Shown: positions 38,938 to 48,203 of the stretch, one piece after another
How positions within the stretch are numbered: position 1 is the stretch's first letter
Layout of the letters: each line of letters begins with the position of its first letter
NCBI GenBank assembly: GCA_945952315.1
Contig: CAMFIE010000011.1
Coordinates: 51,638-115,637, forward strand
Source: an uncultured Rhizobium sp.
Lineage (GTDB): Bacteria; Pseudomonadota; Alphaproteobacteria; Rhizobiales; Rhizobiaceae
Length of the DNA stretch: 64,000 bases
Direction: 5' to 3'
Position numbers and translations under genes: made by a program
The notes under the pieces: model-generated
What the model was told of the DNA's origin: nothing
The model's database searches: none
The model's input: the letters and a program-made list of their open reading frames with translations, nothing else

Positions 38938-38954
38938 CGCGTCTCTCTGTCTTA

Positions 38955-39055
38955 TGCCGGGAAAAAGCTATGGCGCGGGCCTTGGCCCGGCGGCATTAAA
39001 TCCCGCCGCAGCGGGCTTGGCAAACCCGCCGCCGCGGGGGTGGCGGCGGCGGGTT
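38955..39055. repeat. Cluster of three GC-rich hairpins in the SBP-to-permease intercistronic spacer (largest: 13-bp perfect stem AACCCGCCGCCGC / GCGGCGGCGGGTT at 39023..39055)
   Basis: Inverted repeats CGGGC/GCCCG (38976..38989), CCCGC/GCGGG (39002..39015) and the 13-bp stem; REP/RIME-like or mRNA-stabilising intercistronic element. Confidence 0.4.
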
Positions 39056-39068
39056 GCGGGAGGCGGTG

Positions 39069-40385
39069 TCAGAGTGCACCGGCATCCTCGAGGATCTGGG
39101 TCGCCTTTTTCGCAGCGGCGTCCAGAGCCTCCTTGGAGGTCTTGTCACCCAGAATTGCGGCCTGCAGTTCCGGATATACGGCATTGGAGATTTCGATCCA
39201 CTGCGGGGTCTGCGGTACGGCAAAGGCGTATTTCGCAGCCTCCTGGAAGGCGGTCAGCACTTCCTTCTTGTAAGGATCCTTTTCGGCCTGCTGGATATCC
39301 CATTCCCAGACCGCCTTGCGGGTGGGAAGCGAACCATTGGCCGCCTCGATCTTCTGGCTGTCGTCATTGGTCAGGAACCAGACGAGCGAAGCCGCCGCTT
39401 CCTTGTTGGCGCAGCTTTCGGTGACCGAGAAGCCGTGGTGACCGGACCAGCCGGTATGCTTGCCGGACGAGCCCGCCGGCTGCACGACGACACCGACATT
39501 GCCCGCAACCTTCGAGGACTTCGGATCGTTGAAGAAGGTCGCCCAGCCAGGCCAGTCGAGATTGACCGCGATGGTGCCGGACGCAAAGCCCTGCCCGAGA
39601 TCATCCCACAGATAGTTGGTGGTGCCCGCCGGAACTGCCTTCGCCTTGTAAAGATCGACGAACCAGTTCAGCGCGCGCTCGCCCGCTTCGGAATTGAAGG
39701 CCGGACGGCCATCCTTGTCGAGATATTCGCCGCCTTCCGCCACCAGCATTTCATAGAAGCGGCCGTTGATCGCCTCTTCCTTGCCGGCAAACTGCGTGCC
39801 GTACATGTTCGGCGGGTTGGAGAAGAACTTGGCCTGATCGGAAACCTGCGCCCAGGTGGTCGCAGGCGCGAGATCGTAGCCGTATTTCTCCTTGAACTTT
39901 GCCTTGTTGCCTTCATCGGCAAACAGGCTCTTCTGATAGTAGAGCGCGGAGACGTCGAACTGGGCGCGCGGCAGCATGATCAGCTTGCCGTCGATGGTCG
40001 AGGACTTGATGTTGGCGTCCACGAACTGGCCGATTTCTTCCGCCGGAAGAAGCTTGTTCAGATCGGTATAAAGCTCCGGATACTGCGGCGCGAAGGAGGA
40101 ATGGTTGGAGCCGACGCACCAGGTGATGCCGCCCGTTGCCATATCCGACTTGATTTCCTTGTCGAGCTCGAAGTGGTTCTTCTTCGAAAGCACGTTGACC
40201 TTGGCGCCCGTCAGCTTTTCCCATTCTGCAATGCGGGCATAAAGCGGCTCATACTGCTGGCCGCCAATCAGCTTGGCATCGATCGTCACGCCGGGGAAGC
40301 TCCCCGGCAGGTCTCCCGCGCTGCTGCCTCCCGCAGCGAGCACGGCTAGAAGTCCGGCGGAAACGCCGGCAAGCCATTTCGTCAT
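39069..40385 (-). CDS. Carbohydrate ABC transporter substrate-binding protein (family 1)
   Basis: Signal peptide MTKWLAGVSAGLLAVLAAGGSSAG; RBS GGAGGAACAACC before ATG 40385; first gene of the operon. Confidence 0.8.
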   Translation of the reverse strand: MTKWLAGVSAGLLAVLAAGGSSAGDLPGSFPGVTIDAKLIGGQQYEPLYARIAEWEKLTGAKVNVLSKKNHFELDKEIKSDMATGGITWCVGSNHSSFAPQYPELYTDLNKLLPAEEIGQFVDANIKSSTIDGKLIMLPRAQFDVSALYYQKSLFADEGNKAKFKEKYGYDLAPATTWAQVSDQAKFFSNPPNMYGTQFAGKEEAINGRFYEMLVAEGGEYLDKDGRPAFNSEAGERALNWFVDLYKAKAVPAGTTNYLWDDLGQGFASGTIAVNLDWPGWATFFNDPKSSKVAGNVGVVVQPAGSSGKHTGWSGHHGFSVTESCANKEAAASLVWFLTNDDSQKIEAANGSLPTRKAVWEWDIQQAEKDPYKKEVLTAFQEAAKYAFAVPQTPQWIEISNAVYPELQAAILGDKTSKEALDAAAKKATQILEDAGAL

Positions 40386-40526
40386 GGTTGTTCCTCCCGT
40401 TCGGCGATCGGCTTTCCGACCGCACACCGACCCGCCTCACTCACATATGGATCGATAATTCATAGGTAAACATCATATTCATGCACCGTCAAGCGGATTA
40501 GGCGGAAAATTCGCATTTGACCTCGT

Positions 40527-40542
40527 TATTCATATTTGAATA
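40527..40542. promoter_or_regulatory. Candidate IclR-type operator: 16-bp near-palindrome TATTCATATTTGAATA in the divergent promoter region between the sugar-acid operon and the IclR gene
   Basis: One mismatch pair; lies in the 200-bp AT-richer intergenic region 40386..40587. Confidence 0.25.
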
Positions 40543-40587
40543 TAAAACGGGAGTCGCGGCCGGGCCGCCCTGCAAGGAGAAAAGCGC

Positions 40588-41358
40588 ATGGAGATCGAGG
40601 AAGACAATGACCGCTATCGCGCGCCCGCACTCGACAAGGGGCTCGATATTCTCGAACTGCTCGCCCATACCGATGGCGGCCTGACGCAGGCGGAGATTTC
40701 CAAGCAGCTCGGCAAAAGCCCGAACGAGTTTTACCGCATGCTCGACCGGCTGGTGCGACGCGGTTATGTAGCACGTCAGGACGACCGTTTCATCCTCACG
40801 CTGAAAATGTTTGGCCTGGCGCATTTCCATGCGCCGGTGCGCAGGCTGGTTTCCTTTGCAACGCCGGTGATGCGCGAATTCGCGAACCGCGCCCAGCAAT
40901 CCTGCCATCTTGCAGTGCATGATCGCGGCGAAGTGGTGGTGATCGCCCAGCAGGACAGCCCGACCTACTGGGGGATATCGATCCGCGTCGGCGCCCGCAT
41001 CTCGCTGTTCAACACCGGGTCGGGCCATATCCTGCTCGCCTTCCGCGATGCGGCCCAACGCGAGATGATGTGTTCCGAACAGGAGCGGCTGGACAGCGAA
41101 ATCCGCCGCCCGGCCGATCTGGAGGAAAAGCTGGAGCTGATCCGCGCGCGCGGTTTCGAGACGATGGACAGCCTGCAGACGGCGGGCGTGCGCAACATTT
41201 CCGCGCCTGTCCTGTCCCTCGACGGCCATTCGCTGGCGGCGCTTACCTGCCCCTACATCTCCCCGATCAATGCCGATGCGCCTTCGCTGTCGGACATGGA
41301 AGATCTGATCCGGGAAGCCGCACGGGAAATTTCCGTGATGGTGGGAGGTCGCGGCTGA
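40588..41358 (+). CDS. IclR-family transcriptional regulator
   Basis: N-terminal wHTH (ALDKGLDILELLAHTDGGLTQAEISKQLGKSPNEFYRMLDRLVRRGYV) and C-terminal IclR effector domain. RBS AAGGAGAAAAGCGC before ATG. Confidence 0.85.
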   Translation: MEIEEDNDRYRAPALDKGLDILELLAHTDGGLTQAEISKQLGKSPNEFYRMLDRLVRRGYVARQDDRFILTLKMFGLAHFHAPVRRLVSFATPVMREFANRAQQSCHLAVHDRGEVVVIAQQDSPTYWGISIRVGARISLFNTGSGHILLAFRDAAQREMMCSEQERLDSEIRRPADLEEKLELIRARGFETMDSLQTAGVRNISAPVLSLDGHSLAALTCPYISPINADAPSLSDMEDLIREAAREISVMVGGRG

Positions 41359-41452
41359 GACGGCCGAAATTTTTATTTGAATAGTTCATTCGTCTGTGAG
41401 TATAGTCCCTGCCATTGGCGCAAACCAATGTGCTGCCGCAGGGGAGGAAGCC

Positions 41453-42304
41453 GTGCTCATAGATTGCCATCTGCATGTCATCGATACGGGACGTCTCAGC
41501 TATCCCTGGCTGGACGGCTTTGATGCGCTGAAAGGGGACTTTCTCTATGAAACCTATGCGCTTGAGGCAAAGCGCACAGGCATTGGCGCGACCCTCCACA
41601 TGGAGGTGGATGTGGCGCCCTCCGACATCGGCCGCGAGACGGAGATGCTGAAGGACATCGCAAGGCGTCCCGGTTCGCTGATCCGCGGCGCGATTTCCAG
41701 TTGCCGCCCGGAGGAAAAGGAATTTCCCGCCCTGCTCGAGACCGCCCTTCAGGATGACTTCGTCAAGGGCTTCCGCCGCGTGCTGCATGTGGTGCCGGAT
41801 GATCTGTCCGAAGGCGCGCTGTTTCGCGAAAACATCCGGCGGCTGGAAAAGACAAGACTGACCTTTGACCTCTGCACCCTGCCGCATCAGGTGGACAAGG
41901 TTCTGGCCCTTGCCGATCTCGCTCCCGGTGTGACCTTCATTCTGGATCACTGCGGCGTGCCCGCGATTGCCAGCAACGCCCATGCGGCCTGGGCAAAGGG
42001 GATCGCCGAAATCGCCAAACGGCCGAATGTGCTGGTCAAGCTTTCCGGGATCGTTGCCTACGCTGATGCCGGAAGCTGGCAGGTGCAAACGCTGCGGCCC
42101 TATGTGGAAACCGTGCTTTCCACCTTCGGCCCGTCCCGGATGCTCTGGGGCAGCGACTGGCCCGTCTGCACGCTTGGCGGCACGCTTTCCACCTGGGTTG
42201 CGGCCACCCACGCGCTGCTCGACCCGCTTTCCAAAGATGAAAAACAGGCGATCCTTTCCGGCAATGCCACCCGGCTCTGGTCGCTTCCGGAGGTACAGGC
42301 ATGA
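41453..42304 (+). CDS. Amidohydrolase-2 family lactonase (L-fucono-/L-rhamnono-lactonase, LigI-like)
   Basis: N-terminal IDCHLHV metal-binding motif, C-terminal WGSDWP. GTG 41453 preceded by GGGAGGAAG (the track ORF starts at an upstream ATG without RBS). Confidence 0.65.
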   Translation: MLIDCHLHVIDTGRLSYPWLDGFDALKGDFLYETYALEAKRTGIGATLHMEVDVAPSDIGRETEMLKDIARRPGSLIRGAISSCRPEEKEFPALLETALQDDFVKGFRRVLHVVPDDLSEGALFRENIRRLEKTRLTFDLCTLPHQVDKVLALADLAPGVTFILDHCGVPAIASNAHAAWAKGIAEIAKRPNVLVKLSGIVAYADAGSWQVQTLRPYVETVLSTFGPSRMLWGSDWPVCTLGGTLSTWVAATHALLDPLSKDEKQAILSGNATRLWSLPEVQA

Positions 42305-42840
42305 CCGCGACCGTTGGCGTTTCTTCCACCTATCCGAAAACCATGCCGGCAAACCACGCGGAAATTCCGGTCTGGAACGCGGAAAACTGGTTTTACGAGG
42401 ATTTCGAGATCGGCCACCGCATCCGCTCGCTCAGACGGACAATTTCCGAAGGCGAGAGCCAGCAGTTCAACGCGCTGGTACTGGACATGCACCCCTATGT
42501 CTCCGACCAGATCTTCGCCGAGACCGAAGGCCTGTTCGGCAAGCGTCTGGTCGCCGGTGCCTTCGTCTTTTCCGCAGGGCTCGGGCTCGTGGCCACCAAC
42601 TGCGTCAACGCCTTTTCCTATGGCTATGACAAGCTGCGTTTCATCAAACCCACCTTCATCGGCGACACGATCTATACGATCCGCACCAATCTTTCCAAAC
42701 AGCCGAAATATGAGGAACTGGGCCTGATCCGCGCCTCTTACGAGGTATTCAAGGGTGAAGGCGAGCTGGTGCTCTATTGCGAGCATATCCAGACGGTGCG
42801 CTACCGAAATGGCCGCCCTGCAGATGAGGACAAGGCATGA
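42301..42840 (+). CDS. MaoC-like (hotdog) dehydratase/hydratase
   Basis: 179 aa; ATGA overlap with the upstream lactonase gene and with the downstream CoA-transferase gene. Confidence 0.75.
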   Translation: MTATVGVSSTYPKTMPANHAEIPVWNAENWFYEDFEIGHRIRSLRRTISEGESQQFNALVLDMHPYVSDQIFAETEGLFGKRLVAGAFVFSAGLGLVATNCVNAFSYGYDKLRFIKPTFIGDTIYTIRTNLSKQPKYEELGLIRASYEVFKGEGELVLYCEHIQTVRYRNGRPADEDKA

Positions 42841-43997
42841 CAGACGATGCGAACGCCGGACTGCTGGACGGCATCAACGTACTCGACATGAGCCAGTTCC
42901 TGTCCGGGCCGATGGCAGCGCTGAAGCTCGGGGACCTTGGCGCTAGGGTGATCAAGATCGAGCGCCCCGATGGCGGCGATCTCTGCCGCAGCCTCTACCT
43001 GTCCGATACGGAAATCGGGGGCGATTCCACGCTTTTCCACGCGATCAACCGCGGCAAGCAGAGCTTTGCCGCCAACATGAAGGACGAGCGTGATCTGGCC
43101 GCTATCCGCGCGCTGATCGCGCGGGCCGATGTGGTGATCCAGAATTTTCGCCCCGGCGTCATCGAACGGCTGGGTCTTGACTACGAGGCGGCGCGCGCCA
43201 TCAATCCCGGCATCGTCTATGCCTCGATCACCGGCTATGGCCCCGAGACCGAGTGGCGGCATCTGCCGGGGCAGGATCTGCTTGCCCAGGCGCGCTCGGG
43301 CGTGATGTGGCTGAACGGCGAGGCCGGTGACGGCCCGGTGCCCTTTGGTCTGGCAATTGCCGACATGCTGTGTGGAAACATCATCGTACAGGGCATTCTT
43401 GCCGCCCTCGTGCGCCGGGGCGTGACCGGCAAGGGCGCGCATGTGGAAACAAGCCTGCTCGAAGCAATGGTGGATTTCCAGTTCGAGGTGCTGACCACCC
43501 ATCTGAATGACGGGGGCCGCCTGCCGCAGAAATCCGCGTTCCGCAATGCCCATGCCTATCTGTCGGCGCCCTATGGGGTCTATCGCTGCGCGGAAGGCTG
43601 GCTGGCGCTTGCCATGACGCCGCTTGCAAAGCTTGCACCGATCCTCGATCTGCCGGCGCTTGCCACCTTTGCGCCGGAAGAAGCCTTCACCAGACGCGAC
43701 GAGATCAAGCAGCTTGTGGCGGCACGCCTTGCCGAACAGCCCGTCGGCCACTGGCTCGCCCGCCTTGAACCGGCCGATATCTGGGCGGCCGAAGTGCTGG
43801 ACTGGCCGCGGCTTCTGAAAACCGAGGCATTCCGCCAGCTTGGCCTGACCCAGAGAGTGACGCGGGAGGACAATGTCTCGATCCTCACCACCGCCTCGCC
43901 GCTCAGGGTGAATGGCAAGCGCCCGCTCTCCGCCCGTGCCGCACCCAGGATCGGGGATCAGACGGCCCTGATCCGGGAAGAGCTCGGCCTGATGTAA
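42837..43997 (+). CDS. Family III CoA-transferase (CaiB/BaiF type)
   Basis: N-terminal [33 protein letters not shown] and the conserved Asp region typical of CaiB/BaiF; 386 aa. Confidence 0.85.
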   Translation: MTDDANAGLLDGINVLDMSQFLSGPMAALKLGDLGARVIKIERPDGGDLCRSLYLSDTEIGGDSTLFHAINRGKQSFAANMKDERDLAAIRALIARADVVIQNFRPGVIERLGLDYEAARAINPGIVYASITGYGPETEWRHLPGQDLLAQARSGVMWLNGEAGDGPVPFGLAIADMLCGNIIVQGILAALVRRGVTGKGAHVETSLLEAMVDFQFEVLTTHLNDGGRLPQKSAFRNAHAYLSAPYGVYRCAEGWLALAMTPLAKLAPILDLPALATFAPEEAFTRRDEIKQLVAARLAEQPVGHWLARLEPADIWAAEVLDWPRLLKTEAFRQLGLTQRVTREDNVSILTTASPLRVNGKRPLSARAAPRIGDQTALIREELGLM

Positions 43998-44214
43998 CGC
44001 CCACAAGCATTCGACTGATGGTTGCGAAGTGCATTCGAAATAGAACGAGGGTAAAAACCCCCTCGACTTCAACTTTCACCAATCCCTTCACTATTCATCC
44101 CGGTTTCACTTGAATGCTTATTTGGCAATCAATAAATCTGGGATGGCAGTGTTTCGAGGCTTGATCATTCGGGCGGCTTCTGCGGGTCAGAATGCCAGAT
44201 CGGCCGCACTGCCT

Positions 44215-46248
44215 ATGGGGATTTACATGTATAACGAGCAGATTGCCTGGCAGGCCGGCGGCATTGCCGTCGGTGTGATTTCACTCGTCCTGCTTTTGTT
44301 TCTCACCGGGACGGTGCGCTACATTTCGAACGGACGGATCGGCATTCTCGAAAAGCTGTGGAGCTTTGGCGGATCGGTCAAGACCGGCTTCATCGCGCTG
44401 AACGGCGAAGCGGGCTTCCAGCCGGACGTGCTGCGCGGCGGCTTCCATTTCTTCGTGCCGTTGCAATACCGCGTCCATTCGGCCTCGCTTGTCACCATTC
44501 CGCAGGGCCAGATCGGCTATGTCTTTGCCCGCGACGGCGTGGCGCTGCCGCCAACCCAGACGCTGGCAAGCAACGAGACGGCATCCGATTTCCAGGATGT
44601 TCGCGACTTTCTCGGCAAGGGGGGCCAGAAAGGCCCGCAGCGCAAGATCCTGCGCGAGGGCACCTATGCGATCAATCTGGCGCAATTCGTGGTGCTGACC
44701 GAACAGCAGATCTATGCGGTGAAGCTGAACGCTTCCGACGTGCAGGTCTTTACCCAGATGGCCGAGCTGATCGCCGAACGCGAAGGCTTCACGCCGCTGG
44801 TGATCAAGGACAGCCAGGACATGATCGGCATCGTGACCGTGCATGACGGGCCGTCGCTGCCGGATGGCGAAATCATCGCGCCGTCTGTCGGCCATGCCGA
44901 CAGCGACCCGTTCTTCCACAACAATTTCCAGGATCCGGAACTGTTTCTCGCCGCAGGCGGCCATCGCGGCCGCCAGCTGCAGGTGCTGGCGGATGGCTCC
45001 TACTACATCAACCGGCTGTTTGCGACCGTGGAACTGGTGAACAAGACGATTGTCGAGGTCGGCACGGTCGGCGTCGTCGTGTCCTTCACCGGCAAGCGTG
45101 GGGCCGATATTTCCGGCGATGGCTACCGTCACGGCGAGCTTGTCGAGCCCGGCTATCGCGGTGTCTGGTCAAAGCCGCTTCTGCCCGGCAAATATGCCTT
45201 CAACACCTATGCGGGCAATATCGTCATCGTTCCGACCACCAATTTCGTGCTGAAATGGAAGAAGGAGGATTCCGGCCCGCACCGGCTGGACGAAAACCTG
45301 TCGGAAGTCTCGATCATCACCCGCGACGCCTTCGAGCCGATGCTGCCGCTTTCGGTGGTGGTGCATATCGACTATCTCAAGGCCCCGCTTGTGGTGCAGC
45401 GCTTCGGCGATATCAAGCGGCTGGTCGAACAGACGCTCGATCCGATGGTCTCGGCCTATTTCAAGAACATTGCCCAGACCAAGACGCTGATCGAGCTGTT
45501 GCAGGACCGCAGCCAGATCCAGCAGATATCGTCGGAAGAAATGAAGGACAAGTTCGCGGGCTACAGTCTGGAACTGCAGGAAGTGCTGATCGGCACGCCG
45601 CATGCGGAAACGGGTCAGGCAGGCATAGAGCAGATCCTGATCCAGCTGCGCGACCGGCAGATCGCGGTGGAAAAGGTGGAGACCTATCGCCTGCAGGAAT
45701 CCGCCGCCGTTCAGGAGCGGACCCTGCGCGAAAAGCAGGCGCTTGCCGAGCAGCAGGCGCAGATTACCGCCTCTTCGCTCGCGATCCAGATCAAGGAAAA
45801 CGAGGGCAAGGCGAAGCTCGCCCAGACCCGGCAGGAGGCCGAAACCATTCAGGTTACCGCCAAGGCCAATGCCGAACGCGCCCGCATGGAAGGCATCGGT
45901 GAAGGCGACCGCATCAAGGCAACCGCTCAGGCAGAGGCCGAGCGCATCCGCGTTGTCGGTCTTGCCGATGCCGAAAAGGTCCGCGCGGTCGGCACCGCAG
46001 AAGCCGAGGCCACCGAGCGCAAGGTCGCAGCCTTCGGCGGCCCGGACTATCAGCTGCATGCGCAGGTGCTGATGCGGTTTGCCGAAGCCATTGAAAACGG
46101 AAAGCTGCCGCTTGTGCCGCAAATTCAGGTCGGCGGATCGACAGGCGAAAAAGGGGCCGCCGGTGGTCTCGTCGAAATGATGCTGTCCATGCTGGTGGCC
46201 GACCGTATCAAGCAGCCGGAACCGGTTGAAAAGCCGGTAGCAGAATAG
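44215..46248 (+). CDS. Flotillin-like SPFH/band-7 protein with long C-terminal EA-repeat coiled coil
   Basis: N-terminal TM helix (GIAVGVISLVLLLFLTG), SPFH domain, C-terminal alanine/glutamate-rich heptads (AQAEAERIRVVGLADAEKVRAVGTAEAEA). Confidence 0.8.
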   Translation: MGIYMYNEQIAWQAGGIAVGVISLVLLLFLTGTVRYISNGRIGILEKLWSFGGSVKTGFIALNGEAGFQPDVLRGGFHFFVPLQYRVHSASLVTIPQGQIGYVFARDGVALPPTQTLASNETASDFQDVRDFLGKGGQKGPQRKILREGTYAINLAQFVVLTEQQIYAVKLNASDVQVFTQMAELIAEREGFTPLVIKDSQDMIGIVTVHDGPSLPDGEIIAPSVGHADSDPFFHNNFQDPELFLAAGGHRGRQLQVLADGSYYINRLFATVELVNKTIVEVGTVGVVVSFTGKRGADISGDGYRHGELVEPGYRGVWSKPLLPGKYAFNTYAGNIVIVPTTNFVLKWKKEDSGPHRLDENLSEVSIITRDAFEPMLPLSVVVHIDYLKAPLVVQRFGDIKRLVEQTLDPMVSAYFKNIAQTKTLIELLQDRSQIQQISSEEMKDKFAGYSLELQEVLIGTPHAETGQAGIEQILIQLRDRQIAVEKVETYRLQESAAVQERTLREKQALAEQQAQITASSLAIQIKENEGKAKLAQTRQEAETIQVTAKANAERARMEGIGEGDRIKATAQAEAERIRVVGLADAEKVRAVGTAEAEATERKVAAFGGPDYQLHAQVLMRFAEAIENGKLPLVPQIQVGGSTGEKGAAGGLVEMMLSMLVADRIKQPEPVEKPVAE

Positions 46249-46274
46249 GCGGCACAGAGGGTGTCAAATGAGAA

Positions 46275-46310
46275 GGGCGGACCATCCAGCCGATGGCCCG
46301 CCCTTTCCCT
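46275..46310. terminator. Bidirectional terminator-like hairpin between flotillin (+) and the Gate-domain gene (-)
   Basis: GGGCGGACCATC / GATGGCCCGCCC stem (one bulge) followed by TTTCCCTT. Confidence 0.5.
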
Positions 46311-46412
46311 TGCTTGAGGATTCCGTGCCTTTTTTCAGGTTCACTGGCCCGGATCCGCAAAGCCGAAACAGCATCGGCACGGACGCCGCTCCGCGGCAAA
46401 TGCAACCACACC

Positions 46413-47402
46413 TCAAGACTGCCGCGTGATGAGTGGAGGCTGCTTTTCCCGTTGCGGAAAAAGCCAGGCGTGGAACGTGCTGTCGGAAATCCGGGAGAGC
46501 AACGCGGCGATGATACCCGTTGCCACAATCGCAAAAAGAAGCCGGGCCGTCAGCACCCCGTGCACATTCGCCCCAAGCGCAAGGACGATCAGCGTATCTT
46601 CGATCACGCTATGGGCAAAGCCCATGAAAATCGAGGACAGGAAAATCTGGCGCGGAGAAATCTCCCCCGATTGCGCTTCCTTGATCAGAAGCCCTGCCCC
46701 GTAGGAAATGCCGAGAAACAGCCCGACGGCTGTGAGATGCCCCGCCTCGCCGCGAATGCCTGCAAGGCGCAGGAATGGCGACAGCGCCTTCATCATCAGA
46801 GCGAGAATACCGCTTGCCTTGAGAAGCTGGAGGCCAAGGGAAAGCGCGACAAGGATCACCAGCATCCAGACCAGTGTTTCCGCAAGCCCGAACGCATAGT
46901 CCAGCCAGTCCGGCGTGGTGCTGAGCGGTATCCAGGTCGGGTTGACAGGGGCGGAAAGCCAGCCCGTACAGGCAAAGATCTGATGCAGCACAAAGGCATA
47001 GAGCAGACTGCCGGCAAGCCGCAGCGCGGTTGTCGCGGCAATGCCCGGGCCCGCCTGCTGGATGATTTTCTGCTCGATGGGAAGCCCATGCGCAAACAGG
47101 ATGAGTGCCGAAAACACCGTCACATCCGCAACCGTGAGCGCGCCCGGCGGGACCAGCGAGAACAGCAAGGGCACCGCCCCCCAGAGACCCACAAGCATTC
47201 CCGTCAGCCATGCGAGCCCAAGCTCGGCTGGCAGGCCGACAACATTCATCACCGGTGCAAAAAACGGTGCAATCGCCTTGATGACCCCGTAACGCGACAA
47301 GAGCTCCGTGCCGATGGCAATCGGAACCGTGATGCGCACCAGCACCCAGTAAACATTCAGCGTTTCCAGCGTGTTGCGCCGGACCTTTGCAAACAGAGAC
47401 AT
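46413..47402 (-). CDS. Integral membrane protein with nucleoside-recognition (Gate) domains (YjiH/SpmA-like)
   Basis: 329 aa, multiple TM helices, two internal Gate-like repeats. Confidence 0.55.
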   Translation of the reverse strand: MSLFAKVRRNTLETLNVYWVLVRITVPIAIGTELLSRYGVIKAIAPFFAPVMNVVGLPAELGLAWLTGMLVGLWGAVPLLFSLVPPGALTVADVTVFSALILFAHGLPIEQKIIQQAGPGIAATTALRLAGSLLYAFVLHQIFACTGWLSAPVNPTWIPLSTTPDWLDYAFGLAETLVWMLVILVALSLGLQLLKASGILALMMKALSPFLRLAGIRGEAGHLTAVGLFLGISYGAGLLIKEAQSGEISPRQIFLSSIFMGFAHSVIEDTLIVLALGANVHGVLTARLLFAIVATGIIAALLSRISDSTFHAWLFPQREKQPPLITRQS

Positions 47403-47659
47403 GGTCCCCCCATGATGTCACTTTGCCCCTGATAAACCAGAACGCCACAAACAGCTGTCCAAAAAACGCGGTTTCAGGCAATTTGTTACCGCGCCTGCCG
47501 CTTTTCAGCGGCACCCTCTGCCTGCGGCGTCACAATTCCGGAAAATGCCCGGCCCGGCCTGATCGCGGCTCGCATTCACAAAATGAAGCGCCTCCTTCGC
47601 AGCCGTCTGGACGCGCATGGAAGAACCGGGAACGGGAAGGAAACCGTGCGTTCAGGCCG

Positions 47660-48160
47660 TCAGGACTGCACGCGGCCGGTGTCTTTTGGGAAGATCATTC
47701 TGTCCAGCGTGTCGTCCTTCAGCACCATGGCATGCCAGACGGCAGCGCAAATATGCGTCGCAACCAACGCAAGTATGATCCATGATCCCAGGACATGAAG
47801 CGGGGCAACACTGAAAGAAATGTAGCTTGCGACAAAGCCGAGGGCGGCCTGCCCGATAAGGGCGACATAAAGCGCGAAATGAAGAAGCCTTGCCGCGATG
47901 TTGAAGCGATGGGTTGCGGCTGCAGACGGCGCACCGCTCACCACACGGATGACCAGTCGCAAACCCATCAGGACACCGATCAGGATGCCGCACGCATTAT
48001 GCACCTTGTGTTCGATGATGTCCCAGGGCGCTGGCTGCAGTCCCATGTGAACCGTGTGGTGTGTTCTCTCTATGCTGCCGCCCGTGAGAAACTGGACGGC
48101 GATAAAGACCACCACAACCCAGTGCAGCAATATCTGTAGGCGGCTATATCCCGCGTTCAT
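47660..48160 (-). CDS. Cytochrome b561 family protein (CybB-like)
   Basis: Four TM helices with conserved His pairs (LLHWVVV...H...H). Start MNAGYSRLQILLHW at 48160. Confidence 0.7.
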   Translation of the reverse strand: MNAGYSRLQILLHWVVVVFIAVQFLTGGSIERTHHTVHMGLQPAPWDIIEHKVHNACGILIGVLMGLRLVIRVVSGAPSAAATHRFNIAARLLHFALYVALIGQAALGFVASYISFSVAPLHVLGSWIILALVATHICAAVWHAMVLKDDTLDRMIFPKDTGRVQS

Positions 48161-48203
48161 GTGAGCCTCATGCAAACCCTTAGGTTGATCAGGCTAGCTT
48201 TTA

